Assembly: GCA_965655095.1 (NCBI GenBank)
Contig: OZ296652.1
Coordinates: 88,598,001-88,662,000, forward strand
Origin: Haplodiscus bocki
Lineage: Eukaryota
Reading direction: 5' to 3'
DNA: 64,000 nucleotides
Position 1 is the first letter of the stretch. Every line of letters begins with the position of its first letter. A model generated the notes under the pieces. It had not been told where the DNA came from, searched no databases, and saw only the letters and a list, made by a program, of their open reading frames with translations. The position numbers and the translations under genes are program-made. Below are positions 1 through 11,636 of the stretch, piece after piece.

Positions 1-117
1 ATCTTTTGTTTCGTAGGCTTTGAGAAACGAATCAAGAGCTCTGGTTCCAACAAGGAGTTCCATGATTTCAAAAAATTGACTATCCCCAAACTTGAAAGAA
101 GAAAAACCGATTGCTTT

Positions 118-1927
118 TCTTGATGACTGTCAGTTCTAAATCTCGCTCGTTTACAAGAATAGAGAGTACAATAGTTTTAATCATATTGATAACTCACTTT
201 ACGCTGTTGAGTCCAATTACTAGCAACACAATACAGTATCGTTAAAAACGTTACTGTAGATGAATCAACTGAGTTTTTTCCATTTGGAGGAACTGAATAG
301 ACAAATCCTGTTCTTCTTCGGTATCGCCGAAGCTTTCATAAAGAAAACACAAACCCTTTCTTTTGGATTTCCCTTTGGCTGAGTTTTTCCAGGTTACCAC
401 ACATTTTTACCCTGATTGTAGCTTCCTTTGAGCTTTACTCTGAGCAGCTAATCTTTCGAGAACAGCGAAAAACGACAACACAAGATAATGACGATCGGAA
501 ATGCAGAGAATAATGGGATCTGGAACCAAAATTGAGGGAATGGAAACTTGAAAAAGACCTGTTTGCCTATCTGTTTTGTAGTCTCTGTCTCATCGTACGT
601 TTATTCTTTGACACAGATTGTTTCAAAAGCAAAAACGGTGAAAATAAAAAAAAGCTTTCGCGCCTTTTAGGGAATGTTGAATGCATCTAATTTGTCAAAG
701 AAAAGTTTCCCCTGAACTCCTGGAATATCATCGGGGGAAAACGTTTATTCTTTGACACAGATTGTTTCAAAAGCAAAAACGGTGAAAATAAAAAAAAGCT
801 TTCGCGCCTTTTAGGGAATGTTGAATGCATCTAATTTGTCAAAGAAAAGTTTCCCCTGAACTCCTGGAATATCATCGGGGGAATTTGTTGCAGACGCTCA
901 CCACAGTTGGCTAAGTGTCTTTCTGGGTTACCAGTTTTGGAGATGATTGTGTCACCTGTACTATAGCCAAGAGTCATGAAAAAAGAATTGATGTTGCTGA
1001 CGCAGCAAATGTGAAGTTTGTAATGTAAGAGCTTGGTGTTTTTTTTCAAACATCGAACTTTTTTTCACGAGCAAGCTCTCCGTCATCTAAATTGATCGGA
1101 GTCTTGATGACTGTCAGTTCTAAATCTCGCTCGTTTACAAGAATAGAGAGTACAATAGTTTTAATCATATTGATAACTCACTTTACGCTGTTGAGTCCAA
1201 TTACTAGCAACACAATACAGTATCGTTAAAAACGTTACTGTAGATGAATCAACTGAGTTTTTTCCATTTGGAGGAACTGAATAGACAAATCCTGTTCTTC
1301 TTCGGTATCGCCGAAGCTTTCATAAAGAAAACACAAACCCTTTCTTTTGGATTTCCCTTTGGCTGAGTTTTTCCAGGTTACCACACATTTTTACCCTGAT
1401 TGTAGCTTCCTTTGAGCTTTACTCTGAGCAGCTAATCTTTCGAGAACAGCGAAAAACGACAACACAAGATAATGACGATCGGAAATGCAGAGAATAATGG
1501 GATCTGGAACCAAAATTGAGGGAATGGAAACTTGAAAAAGACCTGTTTGCCTATCTGTTTTGTAGTCTCTGTCTCATCGTACGTTTATTCTTTGACACAG
1601 ATTGTTTCAAAAGCAAAAACGGTGAAAATAAAAAAAAGCTTTCGCGCCTTTTAGGGAATGTTGAATGCATCTAATTTGTCAAAGAAAAGTTTCCCCTGAA
1701 CTCCTGGAATATCATCGGGGGAATTTGTTGCAGACGCTCACCACAGTTGGCTAAGTGTCTTTCTGGGTTACCAGTTTTGGAGATGATTGTGTCACCTGTA
1801 CTATAGCCAAGAGTCATGAAAAAAGAATTGATGTTGCTGACGCAGCAAATGTGAAGTTTGTAATGTAAGAGCTTGGTGTTTTTTTTCAAACATCGAACTT
1901 TTTTTCACGAGCAAGCTCTCCGTCATC
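118..1927. repeat. Perfect tandem duplication of an 826-bp unit (118-1087 including the inner duplication; 1102-1927) with a 14-nt filler
   Basis: 118.. matches 1102.. (offset 984); 741-1087 matches 1581-1927 (offset 840, giving identical 72-aa ORFs 831-1049 and 1671-1889); junction filler TAAATTGATCGGAG at 1088-1101. Confidence 0.95.
597..883. repeat. Nested 143-bp tandem duplication (597-739 = 741-883)
   Basis: ACGTTTATTCTTTGACAC...ATCATCGGGGGAA repeated at period 144, only in the first copy of the larger duplication. Confidence 0.95.
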
Positions 1928-3214
1928 AAAATCATTGTTGTGAAGGAAAAAATGATCTGCAAAAGATGTTTCATATGTGGGCGATTGTTCATGAGAACAC
2001 CTTGGAACTTTGAGATATCTGCTTACCCGGAGTTGTTCACGAAGGATTGAATTTTTTTGAAATCTCTTCTTCCAACATCTCATAGCGGTGCAGATGTACA
2101 GCGACTGCTTTAAACAAACAAAAATTGTCATTGTAGGTTGTCTGATTTACCTCTCAAACGTTAGACACTTGGCACTATCGATTGTCAGAAGCGGTTTTAG
2201 AAGTACAGCGTTTTCACACCCCATGAGAACATCTTAGATCAACGAAGCAAAAACAGTCAATTTTTGTATGCTTGTAAAATCTCCATTTAGTTTTATCTCG
2301 TTCCCAGCTGCAAATGTCAAAAAGTTCCGTTTTCTGTAGTCTCTATTTTAGATTTTTTATTTCGTCTGCAAAACAATCAAGTTTTGACTTTCCAAAACTG
2401 TTTTGTCTTCGTGAGCAATCAGATATCTACAAGATCCAGTTTCAACGTTTTTCAAAACAAATTTGATGGCGAGGTTGTTTTTTTCGCACAATTGAGCTCC
2501 TTCACGTTTTTCTTCTCCTCAACCAGAAAGTCCCTGAAGTTTGACTTGCTGAAATTGAATACTCGACACCTTCTTTTGTCGAACCCAGAATCTAACAGCA
2601 ATTGTTGACTTGTCCGCAGCTCTTCTTTGAGCTCTGTTTTGTCAACTCTCTCCAAAAAAATCCAAACCATCGTTGGATTACTTTAGCTGAACTCCAAAAT
2701 GACTACCTTTGTGTTTTATGAAAAGAAAAAAACCAGAGGTCTTCTCATTACAAATTTTACACTTGAAAGCAACATCAAGTTTTGGAGCGCTATATTTTTA
2801 GGCTATATGATAATTCAAGTTATCTTGGTTCGTTGTCGAGATATTGGGCTATTTGGCGCAATACAACGTTCAAATGAACATCTTTTTTTTGTGACGTCCA
2901 AAGTTAATTTTTGTGGTTTTGGTACCACAATTCTCACAAGTAACTTTCTCTTCGCGATTGAGGAAGACCTTTGAGTATTGAAAGTGTAACAGAAAAATCT
3001 AAAATGAACATAAAAATTGTAGCAACTTGTCTGCACTAATGCAAGAGAAGAAAAGGTTGAAATGTGTAGAATATTTTCATCACAATAAACCATTTTTGGA
3101 AAAAACCATAATTGGAATAATCAACCATGGAAAGATTTATCGACTCTAGAATGAGTTGTCTCACTTTCATTCACCCTAAAAAGCGACTTTCATTTTAAAA
3201 TACAAACTAAAGGA

Positions 3215-3442
3215 AAGACACAGCTTGTCTGTGGAAAGTTTTCGAGTGGAACTAGTTCCATGACTAAAATGACACACTGTCTGAGGAAGTCAATCGAGTG
3301 GAACAAGTTACCCTAATGTGGTGGCAGAATGACTGAAAGAATTAGTTGAGTGAATGTTTGTCCCTTGGTTAGGAGATGGGTTGTCTGAAAGAATCAATCG
3401 TGTGTATTGAGTTCCCCTGATTAGGAAACAGCTTCTCTGAAA
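3215..3442. repeat. Degenerate 52-bp tandem array (4 units plus a partial fifth) upstream of the PolB start
   Basis: Core TTGTCTGAAAGAATCAATCGAGTG...AGTTCCC recurs at 3225, 3277, 3329, 3381 and 3433 (period exactly 52). Confidence 0.8.
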
Positions 3443-3831
3443 AAAATATATTGTTCATCTTTTTCAGTTTCATCTCAATTGTCGAATAAGGAGACCTCCA
3501 ATAAAAAACGAAACTCAAAACTAGCACATTTACTGTAGTGTGGAGCTGAAAAGTGTTGAAACATCATCCAGCATGAGAGTGTACTTCAGCTAAGAGAACT
3601 CGTGATCCGAAGCTTTCTTCCACTGAACTACAGCTTCATAAGTCCTTATCAGAAAAGAAATACCTCATTCTGATTCGTTACGAAAAGGTGTTGCCCGTGG
3701 TGTTGCCATCGCCTAAAGTCAAAATTTTCAACCAATCTGCATCGTTTTCATAGCTACCCCATCAATATACTCATTTTGCAAAATTACTGAAAAAAAGGAG
3801 TTCATTTCTGTCAAAAGCAAACTCCCAGTTT

Positions 3832-4340
3832 GTGCAAACTGTTTTCATTTTTTCTCGGAGAATTACTAGAAATTTTTCCGGAGAAAAGAGACGTGGATAT
3901 TTTTTTTACCACAACAGTTTTGACATTCCCCAGTCACAGCATGGAATAGCACGAGATAGCAAAGTCTCCAACAAAAACTTTCTTACAAACAAATTGTTCC
4001 TTCTTTTGCCATTCGAAGACACAGCTACGTTACATCCTCCAAGAAGAATTGAAATTTTCCAAAATGGAATTGGGTTGTCTGATCAACAATTCGCGCAATT
4101 TTCCCAGTTTTTGATCAAACTAGCAAGTGTTTGCAGATTCTATTACCGATATCTAAAAGTGAGAATGCATATGCGAGATCAAAAGGCAATCTGTTCACTC
4201 ATTGCTCTAAAGATGTCATTGAACATTCAGAAAAACAAATTCGAATAGAGTTGGGTTTTGAGAAAACTAAATCTTACATCCTTCCGATCAAAAATTTGAA
4301 CGAAACGGTAATCGGGTATTACTTGCAGAAATTATCCTGA
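3832..4340 (+). pseudogene. Maverick accessory gene remnant, possibly PC4-like
   Basis: Overlapping ORFs 3832-4248 and 4131-4340; segment IEIFQNGIGLSDQQFAQFSQFL resembles the PC4 GI-L-xxQ(W/F)xxL pattern. Family assignment is inference. Confidence 0.35.
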
Positions 4341-4853
4341 GCCTTTTCGAAATTCACTATCTGTAGGAGAAGCAATATTAATTTGCATATAAGTGTGAAA
4401 TAGATGAGAGCAATTACAATATGGAACAGGTTCAGCCCTGATTATCAACATGAGAGAGGCTATAGGCAATTTTTCGAGAGCGTATCTTGTCCAAAAAAAT
4501 GTGTTCTTGTGTTTTTTGCGGGCACAAAAAGACTTTGCCACCTCTCGCACAAGTTTTCATGAGTGCCCTCCATGTGCATCTTTTTGTCAGGCCGTAAACC
4601 TCTTTCAAAAACAAACAATCATTTTTCCTGATGTGTAAGCGAAGAGAATTGCCTTTTTGATGGGACGCGAAATACAATTCATGTTGCTGGAATTGTGTAT
4701 AGCCCAAAAGGTGAAAACGAAAATTGTGGTGACATTTCAACTAAACAAAAAGCTGAAAATAGTTTCTACGACTGCAAAAAAGTAAAGAAGCAGGCTTCAC
4801 GTGTTTAATGTTTTAATATCGAAGAAAACTGTGGATGTCTAAATTCAGTGGAG

Positions 4854-5620
4854 ATGGTACACATTGATCCTCCAATCGCTATCAACCACGCCCAAACCCG
4901 AACGGAAAAAGACAATCATTCCATTTATAGCACTCAACCTTGTGGAACTCGGTCTGGTTGAGACAAAATTTTCAATGTTTCTCATCGAAGCTCATTTTAT
5001 ACAAGTTTAATATAAAGGTAAATTGCATGACTTTCTCAATTTCCAACGATATGATCTAGTGGTATCTCGACTTTGGACTAGACTGTGTTGTTCTGGCAGT
5101 AAAAGATTTCGTCCAAGAGATGGTAATGGGCTCTCAGAAATTTTCTCTGTCAGCTTGGAATTTGTTTTCGTCTCAAAGGCAGGAAATTTTTGACATCAAA
5201 TAGCTCGAATCCCAAAAACGTCCAGCCAGAAGGGACCACATGAAGTAAAGGAGGACGTTCTCTCTAAAACTGGAACAAAAGACATGGTTACCAGTGGCAA
5301 TGAGCTATCAGACTTGGAAGGGGAAGATATTAAGTTTTTCCTGGGAAAAACCACAGTTGAATGTAGATGTTGTGTTTAGACCAGGGAATCGTACCCCCCT
5401 TTTCGCACGACAGCGTTTGCTAACTTGCAAAAATGAGGTTCAGTAGAAAACCGCATTCTACTAGAGGATGAAGACGACAAGGAGCTGTCGCCACTCACAA
5501 CTCCAATGTCTGAGAAACACAACAGCCATTGCGTCGCTGAGTATTCGCCCATTTGGAAGAATAGATGAAAATATTCCTCAATATGTTTACAGTGATTTGT
5601 TTCAAAAAGTTTTACTGCGT
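4854..5620 (+). pseudogene. Maverick hypothetical acidic, Pro-rich protein remnant
   Basis: Fragmented frames MVHIDPPIAINHAQT..., DVVFRPGNRTP..., GSVENRILLEDEDDKELSPLTTPMSE; resembles from memory an accessory ORF of this element family. Confidence 0.35.
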
Positions 5621-6059
5621 TCGTATTTCGAATCAAAACATGATTAAATTGTTTCATTTTATTATAACCTTTTTTTAGGAACCATTCAGACGTGCGTGAG
5701 ACAAAAAAGTTGTTTTTTTTTGCCTTCAAATTGTTTAGTTTTAGAAGCTAGTTGCTGCTAAGATCGAGCTCTTCTCATACAGAGTGGAAACCGGGACGCC
5801 ACAGCGCAATCAACAATTGAAGCCCTTGGGAAAACGATACTGGAACTGTTTTTTGAACAGCGAAGGCTATCATCTACCTGACGAAAATATTGTAGGTCGT
5901 TGCGGCTCATGGTGGTATCGAGAAAAGCATTGTGAAAAGTACATATGGTGGGATTAAGTTAGACTTTGAAGTTAGAAGATTTTTCCTCAAATCAGGTTGA
6001 AAATATGTTTGAACAAATTTTGGAGCTTTTTTGTGCATTTTTCGGCTTTTAGTAAACCT

Positions 6060-6280
6060 TCTTGAACTTTATTTTTAGTTCACAAATCTGCATTCAAATT
6101 TGAGTGCTCAGTCCTGACCCTAACGTAAACTTTAGAAATGATGCCTAAAATTTGAGTGCACCTTCCGGAACGTAACCTTAAGTTCAGAAATCTGAATTAA
6201 AACTTGAATACACGTTCCTGAACTTTCAAATTCAAGTTCAAAAATCTGAGTTCAGGTTTGAGTATAGGTTCCTGACTTCA
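6060..6280. repeat. Degenerate ~52-54-bp minisatellite (4 units)
   Basis: AAATCTG..TT.AAATTTGAGT.CA.GTTCCTGA-like units at 6084, 6136, 6188 and 6242. Confidence 0.7.
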
Positions 6281-7542
6281 AATTGTTTCCATTACCCACT
6301 GTTAAGATTACAAAACGAGACAATATCAAATCAAAATATATTCGTCTAAAAATTTTCTTTTTCAAAATTAGGCGCCTTAAAACATTTGACACTCAAAATA
6401 TAACACGATTTAGGAATTCTGATTCAAAGTCTGACACGTTGTAGGAATAGTAATTGAAAATCTTGCAAAGTGCAAAAAACAATTCAGAATGTGACACGAC
6501 ATAAAATTTCAAATCTATGAAATCTGTCAATATTGTTTTCCAAGTTCTGCCAAAAAAATGTCTAAACTGAAAAAAGAATCCAGGAGTGCTCAATTTTTTC
6601 CCGGATGAGCTGTGGAGTCCGTCTTTTTGTAGGTTTCTGTATTGTTTTGAGACTGATGATTACAGTGATGGCTGGTTCATTTGCACTAGCAATTATCCTA
6701 TAAAGATCTCTTTGCGGTTCCAGAAAGGGTTAGTTTATGAAGATTTCCTATTGAAAAAAAAATAAATTACTAGCATAATTGTCAAGACCATCGAGGAAAC
6801 AAACTACAACTTAGATTATGTGATTGTTTGCAGTGCTTTTTCTTAAGAGTTTTTTCATCGCAAAGCAGGGCAACACGTCCACTCCTCTGGCTTTCTGACT
6901 AAAGTACACTGGTTTCTGCACAATAATAAACACTTTTATACTCCTGACGATAATTCTGGAATGTGTATATAGTCAATCCACGTGTTGGTTGGTGAAACAG
7001 AGTGCGTTAATATTCCGCAGCAACTCTTCAATGTCTCCATTAGGATGTTGAGAAATCTAGAGTTGGGTTGGAAGCACGTCTTGCCATCGTGACGTGTAAA
7101 ATAGTAGTTTTTATTCGCAAAGTATTTTGCATATGTGTTTGCAGAAAAGAAGACTGATTTCGGAATAGTTCTCGTAAAAACTGGGTAACACTTGTAACAT
7201 TACAGATGTCACCTGACATTTTCTGAATAAATGGTACTAGAAACCAAGTAGTTTTTTTGTAGAAGTTGAGCAAGATAGGAAGGAGGCCACTTATACGGAA
7301 AAAAAATCGTTTAATTGAGCAAAAAGTGAAAAGAATCTTCTTTTATGGGATTAACATGTGACAATGCTCAAAAAAGGAAAGAATCTTTTCGCATGGAAAC
7401 ATCACGTGACAATGACTGCAAAGTATATGCAGAATTTTTTAAACAATATTTTGCAGCTCCAAATATTTTCTTGTAACTTTCGTTCTCAAGGAAGAGACCA
7501 GTTTTTCCAGCTGCCAGTGTAGTATCCCGAAAATCAAAACCC

Positions 7543-8123
7543 ACGGCTTACAATACTACTGGTTCGATGGACAAGTCAACTTGTACCAACTACGTAGACT
7601 TTGGAAAAAGTCAAGAGAAATTGGGGTATTTCTTTTGGTCCAAAAATGTCTCCAACTGCTTGGATGTTGAACAAGAAGCTATCAAGAAAAATTGAAACAA
7701 AGAATCTCGACTAGTACAAAATTTTACCTTGGGAGAGTCAGACTTGGAACAACTTCTGAAATTACGAAATTGGCTAGTTATTGCACAGAAAACACCAGCA
7801 GAGACGAAAACTTTTACCGCGTGCTGATTTCAACAAGGTGCAGGGATAAGATTGAACAATTCAAACTGGCTCACAAAGTAGTAGTTGGCGCTGTCGACCG
7901 ACCAAACAGAAAACTTCGTGTGATTCTCCAGCGGTACAAAGTGGAATGCCAGAGAGTTCATGTGTGCAGTCCAATTTTTTGCACGAATGAAAGAGCGAGA
8001 AAAGTTTCAACCAGTTGTCTAAGTAAACTACAAACTTGATGATTTCATATACTTTTGCGATGTAATATGGTCTGTATTTGATAAAGTTGTAGGGGATCAG
8101 TCCATTTGTAATGTTCGTTCTAA
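7543..8123 (+). pseudogene. Maverick accessory protein remnant (possible tandem PC4-like ssDNA-binding fold)
   Basis: Start mutated to ACG: AYNTTGSMDKSTCTNYVDFGKSQEKLGYFFWSKNVSNCLDVE; continues as KLAHKVVVGAVDRPNRKLRVILQRYKVE (ORF 7692-8039) and ends QSICNV; frameshifted. Confidence 0.5.
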
Positions 8124-9458
8124 AGTGTTTGCAACTGTTTTACTCTTTATTATTCCACTTTCTATTCGCTTTAGGGTAAGTTGAAGTTTTGGGTATAACA
8201 AAAACCTCTTTCTCAAGCTAGAATCAAAATTAAATTGGCACCTTATCATGTTGTACTTACAACTCCAAAACCTTCTCGCGAAAAACTCACGATAACTGCA
8301 GTTGAAATTCAACACTTACCAGACATTAAAAAACTGATTCCGAAGAAGAAAGCTCCTGCCTCGGAAGGATACCATACAATGGGAGACGAAAAGAAATGGG
8401 TGAATTTTGGGAATTACAAGACTGATACAGACAATTTCAATGTTGTCATCTACCGTTACTGACACAATTTGTGCCTGAAAGATAATGAAATATATCCGAA
8501 GTTGACAAAATACCACTCACTTTTCGGAAAACGAGTTCTTCCATTGAGTTACATTGACATATTTTCCAAGTGACTGGAAAATGCTTTGTACTGCATGAAA
8601 CAACTGTTCATAAGAGAAACAAACTCCGTCAAGAAGGAATATTATCGTTCTAAAGAGCATTTCCCGCCCTTAATCAAAATAGGGACTTTATAATGTTGTA
8701 CTAACAATTTCAAATTTTTTCTTGCAAAACCTGCTCTAACTGAAATCAAAATGCAACAATCTGTAGACTATAGAGTGATTGATCCAAAAGACGAAAGTAC
8801 TTGCTTAAAATAGATAAATTATAGTGGTTGGAGAAAAGTTTGTGTAGAGTTCGAAGACAGACAGAGAAGTTAAACATTGTCGTGCAACGTTACTGAAAAA
8901 ATTTGAACCTTGAAGATAATGAAATCGATCTGAAATTAACAGATTACCAAAACATTCTAGCAAAACGAGTGTACCTAGTGAGATACATTGACGTTTTTTT
9001 GAAACGCTTCATTGTTGTGGTTTAAACAACGGTTCATAGTTGAATCAATTTTCATCAAGAATGGATGTTGTTTTTCTTTTGAGCACCTTTCCATGCTACT
9101 CGAGTAAAGTTGTCCTTTGATTACAAAAGTAGTCACAAAAACCTACTTCCCATTTCATGTGTCTGTTGGGATTATAGACGTTTTTTACGTGAGACAGACC
9201 CAAAATTTATATTTGATGGAATCATTGGTTATGGGGACTCTTAGTTGGAGTTTATGTTTCGTCTCCAAAAATTTTAGAGTACATGCAATACTACAAGATG
9301 CTGTCGGAGCAGAACGGTCACATTGTGGTGTAGGCCTCGGCTACTGTTATATGATTGGGCGAGGACCAAATTATGTGTGCTTGCTCACCTGACTGGACTA
9401 CTCTTTCGCTTTTACGTAAAACTCTGCCTTCCATATAAATTATCAACTTCTGAAGCAG

Positions 9459-9502
9459 TATGTCTTGCATTGTTATAGATTATGTCTTGCATTGTTATAG
9501 AT
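9459..9502. repeat. Perfect 22-bp tandem duplication
   Basis: TATGTCTTGCATTGTTATAGAT x2; frameshifts the gene start. Confidence 0.95.
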
Positions 9503-9945
9503 ATTCAGCTGGCAAAAAAAACCTTTTTGGGGAGATAGTAGCTTCTTTTGATGGGAATGTTAACGGGTACTCATTTCGTCCTCCAAAAAATTACAGACCC
9601 ACAAAACAAGCTTTTTTGGTGTACAACAAAATTTCACGGAATTGTGTGGAACTGTGGATCTTTGGATTGCAGTGAGATTCCGGTCATTCTTTCCTCACAT
9701 GGGGAGGCTGATTACTTTGCGAGAGGGTAAAAAAACAAGATTTTTGCCCAGATATTGAATAACGAGGTGGAAAACTTGGATGCTCATGGCTGCCTTAATA
9801 TTCAAGATCTGGCTGATCCTGAAGCAGTTGAAGAAGTGTGAATTTGTTCGAGTAACCCTTTCTAACACCAGACTAGATATCACTGTGCAGAGTTCAAAGT
9901 AAATCGTTTGCCGACCGGGTAATGCAGCAATTGAAATTTTACTTT
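9460..9945 (+). pseudogene. Maverick small DEDD/DnaQ-like nuclease-fold gene remnant
   Basis: MSCIVID(I)... FDGNVNGYSFRPPKNYRPTKQAF / WCTTKFHGIVWNCGSLDCSEIPVIL...DYFARG / VENLDAHGC...HCAE, spread over ORFs 9460-9675 and 9548-9730. Confidence 0.5.
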
Positions 9946-10302
9946 TTTTTGTGGATTGCTTTGTTTGTGTCTACTTGATGAAATATTTCAAATTGATTCA
10001 TTCTTTTTCACATAACTGAATGCTGAGTTTTTGCGCGTTTCAGCTAGGTGACAGTTTAAAAAGTTGAAATCAATCTTCGCAAAATTGTCTCTGACCACCA
10101 CAATCAAGAAAGAAAACCGTGGGCCTCTATGGGACAAAATTATTTCAGACCTGCGATTTTCTTTTGTCCCAGCTTTTTGTCTTTTTGCTGTTTATCTTTG
10201 GTTGCTTTTGGAAAATTCAGCGTTCAGAAGCTTGTGAAAAATCAAAGGTTTTGTTGGGAGTTTTGTTTAGTGCAGTCGGATACACTCTAAACTGACCAAC
10301 AC

Positions 10303-11216
10303 TAAGAGCAAGTTATTTTCTCTAAAATTCTTGTCTTTATAACATTGGTTGGTCCGTCCGAGACGGGAAAATCACAACTAGTTTTTAATTGGCGGAAAAT
10401 TGGAAATTCTTAACCGTGTTTCAACAAAATTCACTTTTATCAACACTGCCAGCTGTTTTAGGAAGTTATGCATTAAGAGATTGGGAAGCTCAAGGTGTAA
10501 ACTTTGATATTTTAGGTTCTCTAGAAAACAACGGTACATAGTAAATATATTTTTTTGACACATCATTTGCTGAATTTTTGCTATTTCAAAGCCCTTGTTG
10601 ATGTTGCTACAGCAGGAAAACACCGTGGATTGAAAGGATCTACCTTAGGCCCAACTTTTTTCATCAAAGTAAACTAGGGCAAGACGTTGTTCAAAACACG
10701 CACCTTGTTCTCCCAATTCTCCCCGTGCTTTGTTGCAAGTCATGACGCCCAGTGCGCCATTGGGGCTCAGAATAGAGCTGGTTGGATAGTATGACAACAA
10801 CGCGTCTGTTTCCTACAGTCATTTGTTGACTGATTTGTTGCTACGAACAGACGACCGATTACCTTTTTATAAAAACACTGAATCCATTCCCTCAATGGTT
10901 TTTATCCTCAGACGCTCGAAGCATATAAAGTCTTCGGACGATAGAAACATTAAATTTTCCTACTCTCCAGGTGTTCCAATCCTTTTCCCGCTCTTTTCTT
11001 TCACTCTCGCCCAAAATATATAATAATATAATAAATAATAATATAATAAATAATAATAGTGAGTCCGCTCGAAAGAAACTTGGAAAGCTTATAAGACATC
11101 ACGTGACAAATTTAACCGTTTTCTCGAAAAAAGCAACTCTGGGAGCAAAGAAGAGGCCCTCTGGCTTCCGCAAAAAGGTGAAAGCTCATAAAAGTTTTTA
11201 CGCCTCCCATCATTAA
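10303..11216 (+). pseudogene. A32/FtsK-like genome packaging ATPase, degraded
   Basis: Walker A LVGPSETGKSQL (~10346-10380); hydrophobic Walker B-like IFFD (~10550); VATAGKHRGL (~10603-10632); QNTHLVL; HLLTDLLLRTDDRL (ORF 10823-11023). Confidence 0.85.
11018..11059. repeat. AT-rich (ATA/AAT) microsatellite inside the ATPase 3' region
   Basis: ATATAATAATATAATAAATAATAATATAATAAATAATAATAG. Confidence 0.8.
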
Positions 11217-11230
11217 CCACTCGCCTTGAA

Positions 11231-11636
11231 ATGGAGCAGTTTGCCCTCGTCCCTGCTTCTGTGTACAACAAGTGTTTGAAGAGCCAGGCCTTTACAAAAC
11301 AGAAACTCCCAAAGTATCAAGCTGAACAAAATCCCCAGTACAGAATTGATTCAGTTGAACAGGAGATAAACAGTTTTTGTCAAAGCAGACTCTTCAATAG
11401 ACAAAGTTTCGTCTTGTCCACGTATGAAGCAGTCAAGTTCGCAGACTTTAGGTTTGTATGGTTGCGAAACTGGAATTAAGCTGTCAAACTCCGCTCAGGA
11501 ACTGCGTCGAAAAGAGGCAAACGTTCTAGACCTTTACTTTACTTTACCTGGAGCTGCTGGTTTATCTCCGACTCTGGTTTTGAATCAAAATGCCACATAC
11601 AAAGATTGAGGAAGCTGGTTCCCTTCAAAAATATGA
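11231..11636 (+). pseudogene. Maverick hypothetical protein between ATPase and integrase
   Basis: ORFs 11231-11479 (MEQFALVPASVYNK...) and 11424-11609 (...LRRKEANVLDLYFTLPGAAGLSPTLVLNQNA) joined by a frameshift; tightly packed between neighbouring genes. Confidence 0.6.

Larger units (their letters stand above)
1..2975 (-). pseudogene. Protein-primed family B DNA polymerase (N-terminal Zn-finger region and 3'-5' exonuclease domain), degraded
   Basis: Manual minus-strand translation: N-terminal KVTCENCGTKT and FKCKICNE Cys pairs (~2740-2960); LLHYKLHICCVSNIN...ERHLANCGER; ExoI-like VFAFETICV (~610-640, copies at ~755-785 and ~1595-1625); ExoII-like VIGLNSVK*VINMIK...LVNERDLELTVIKK...SFKFGDSQFFEIMELLVGTRALDSFLKAY (1-250). 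The polymerase core lies left of the window. Confidence 0.85.

Noticed and set aside
831-1889. Two identical 72-aa genes
   Set aside because: They are fragments of the PolB pseudogene copied by the tandem duplication.
3215-3442. CRISPR-like regular array
   Set aside because: Whole units are similar, with no invariant repeat and unique spacers; no cas genes; eukaryotic context.
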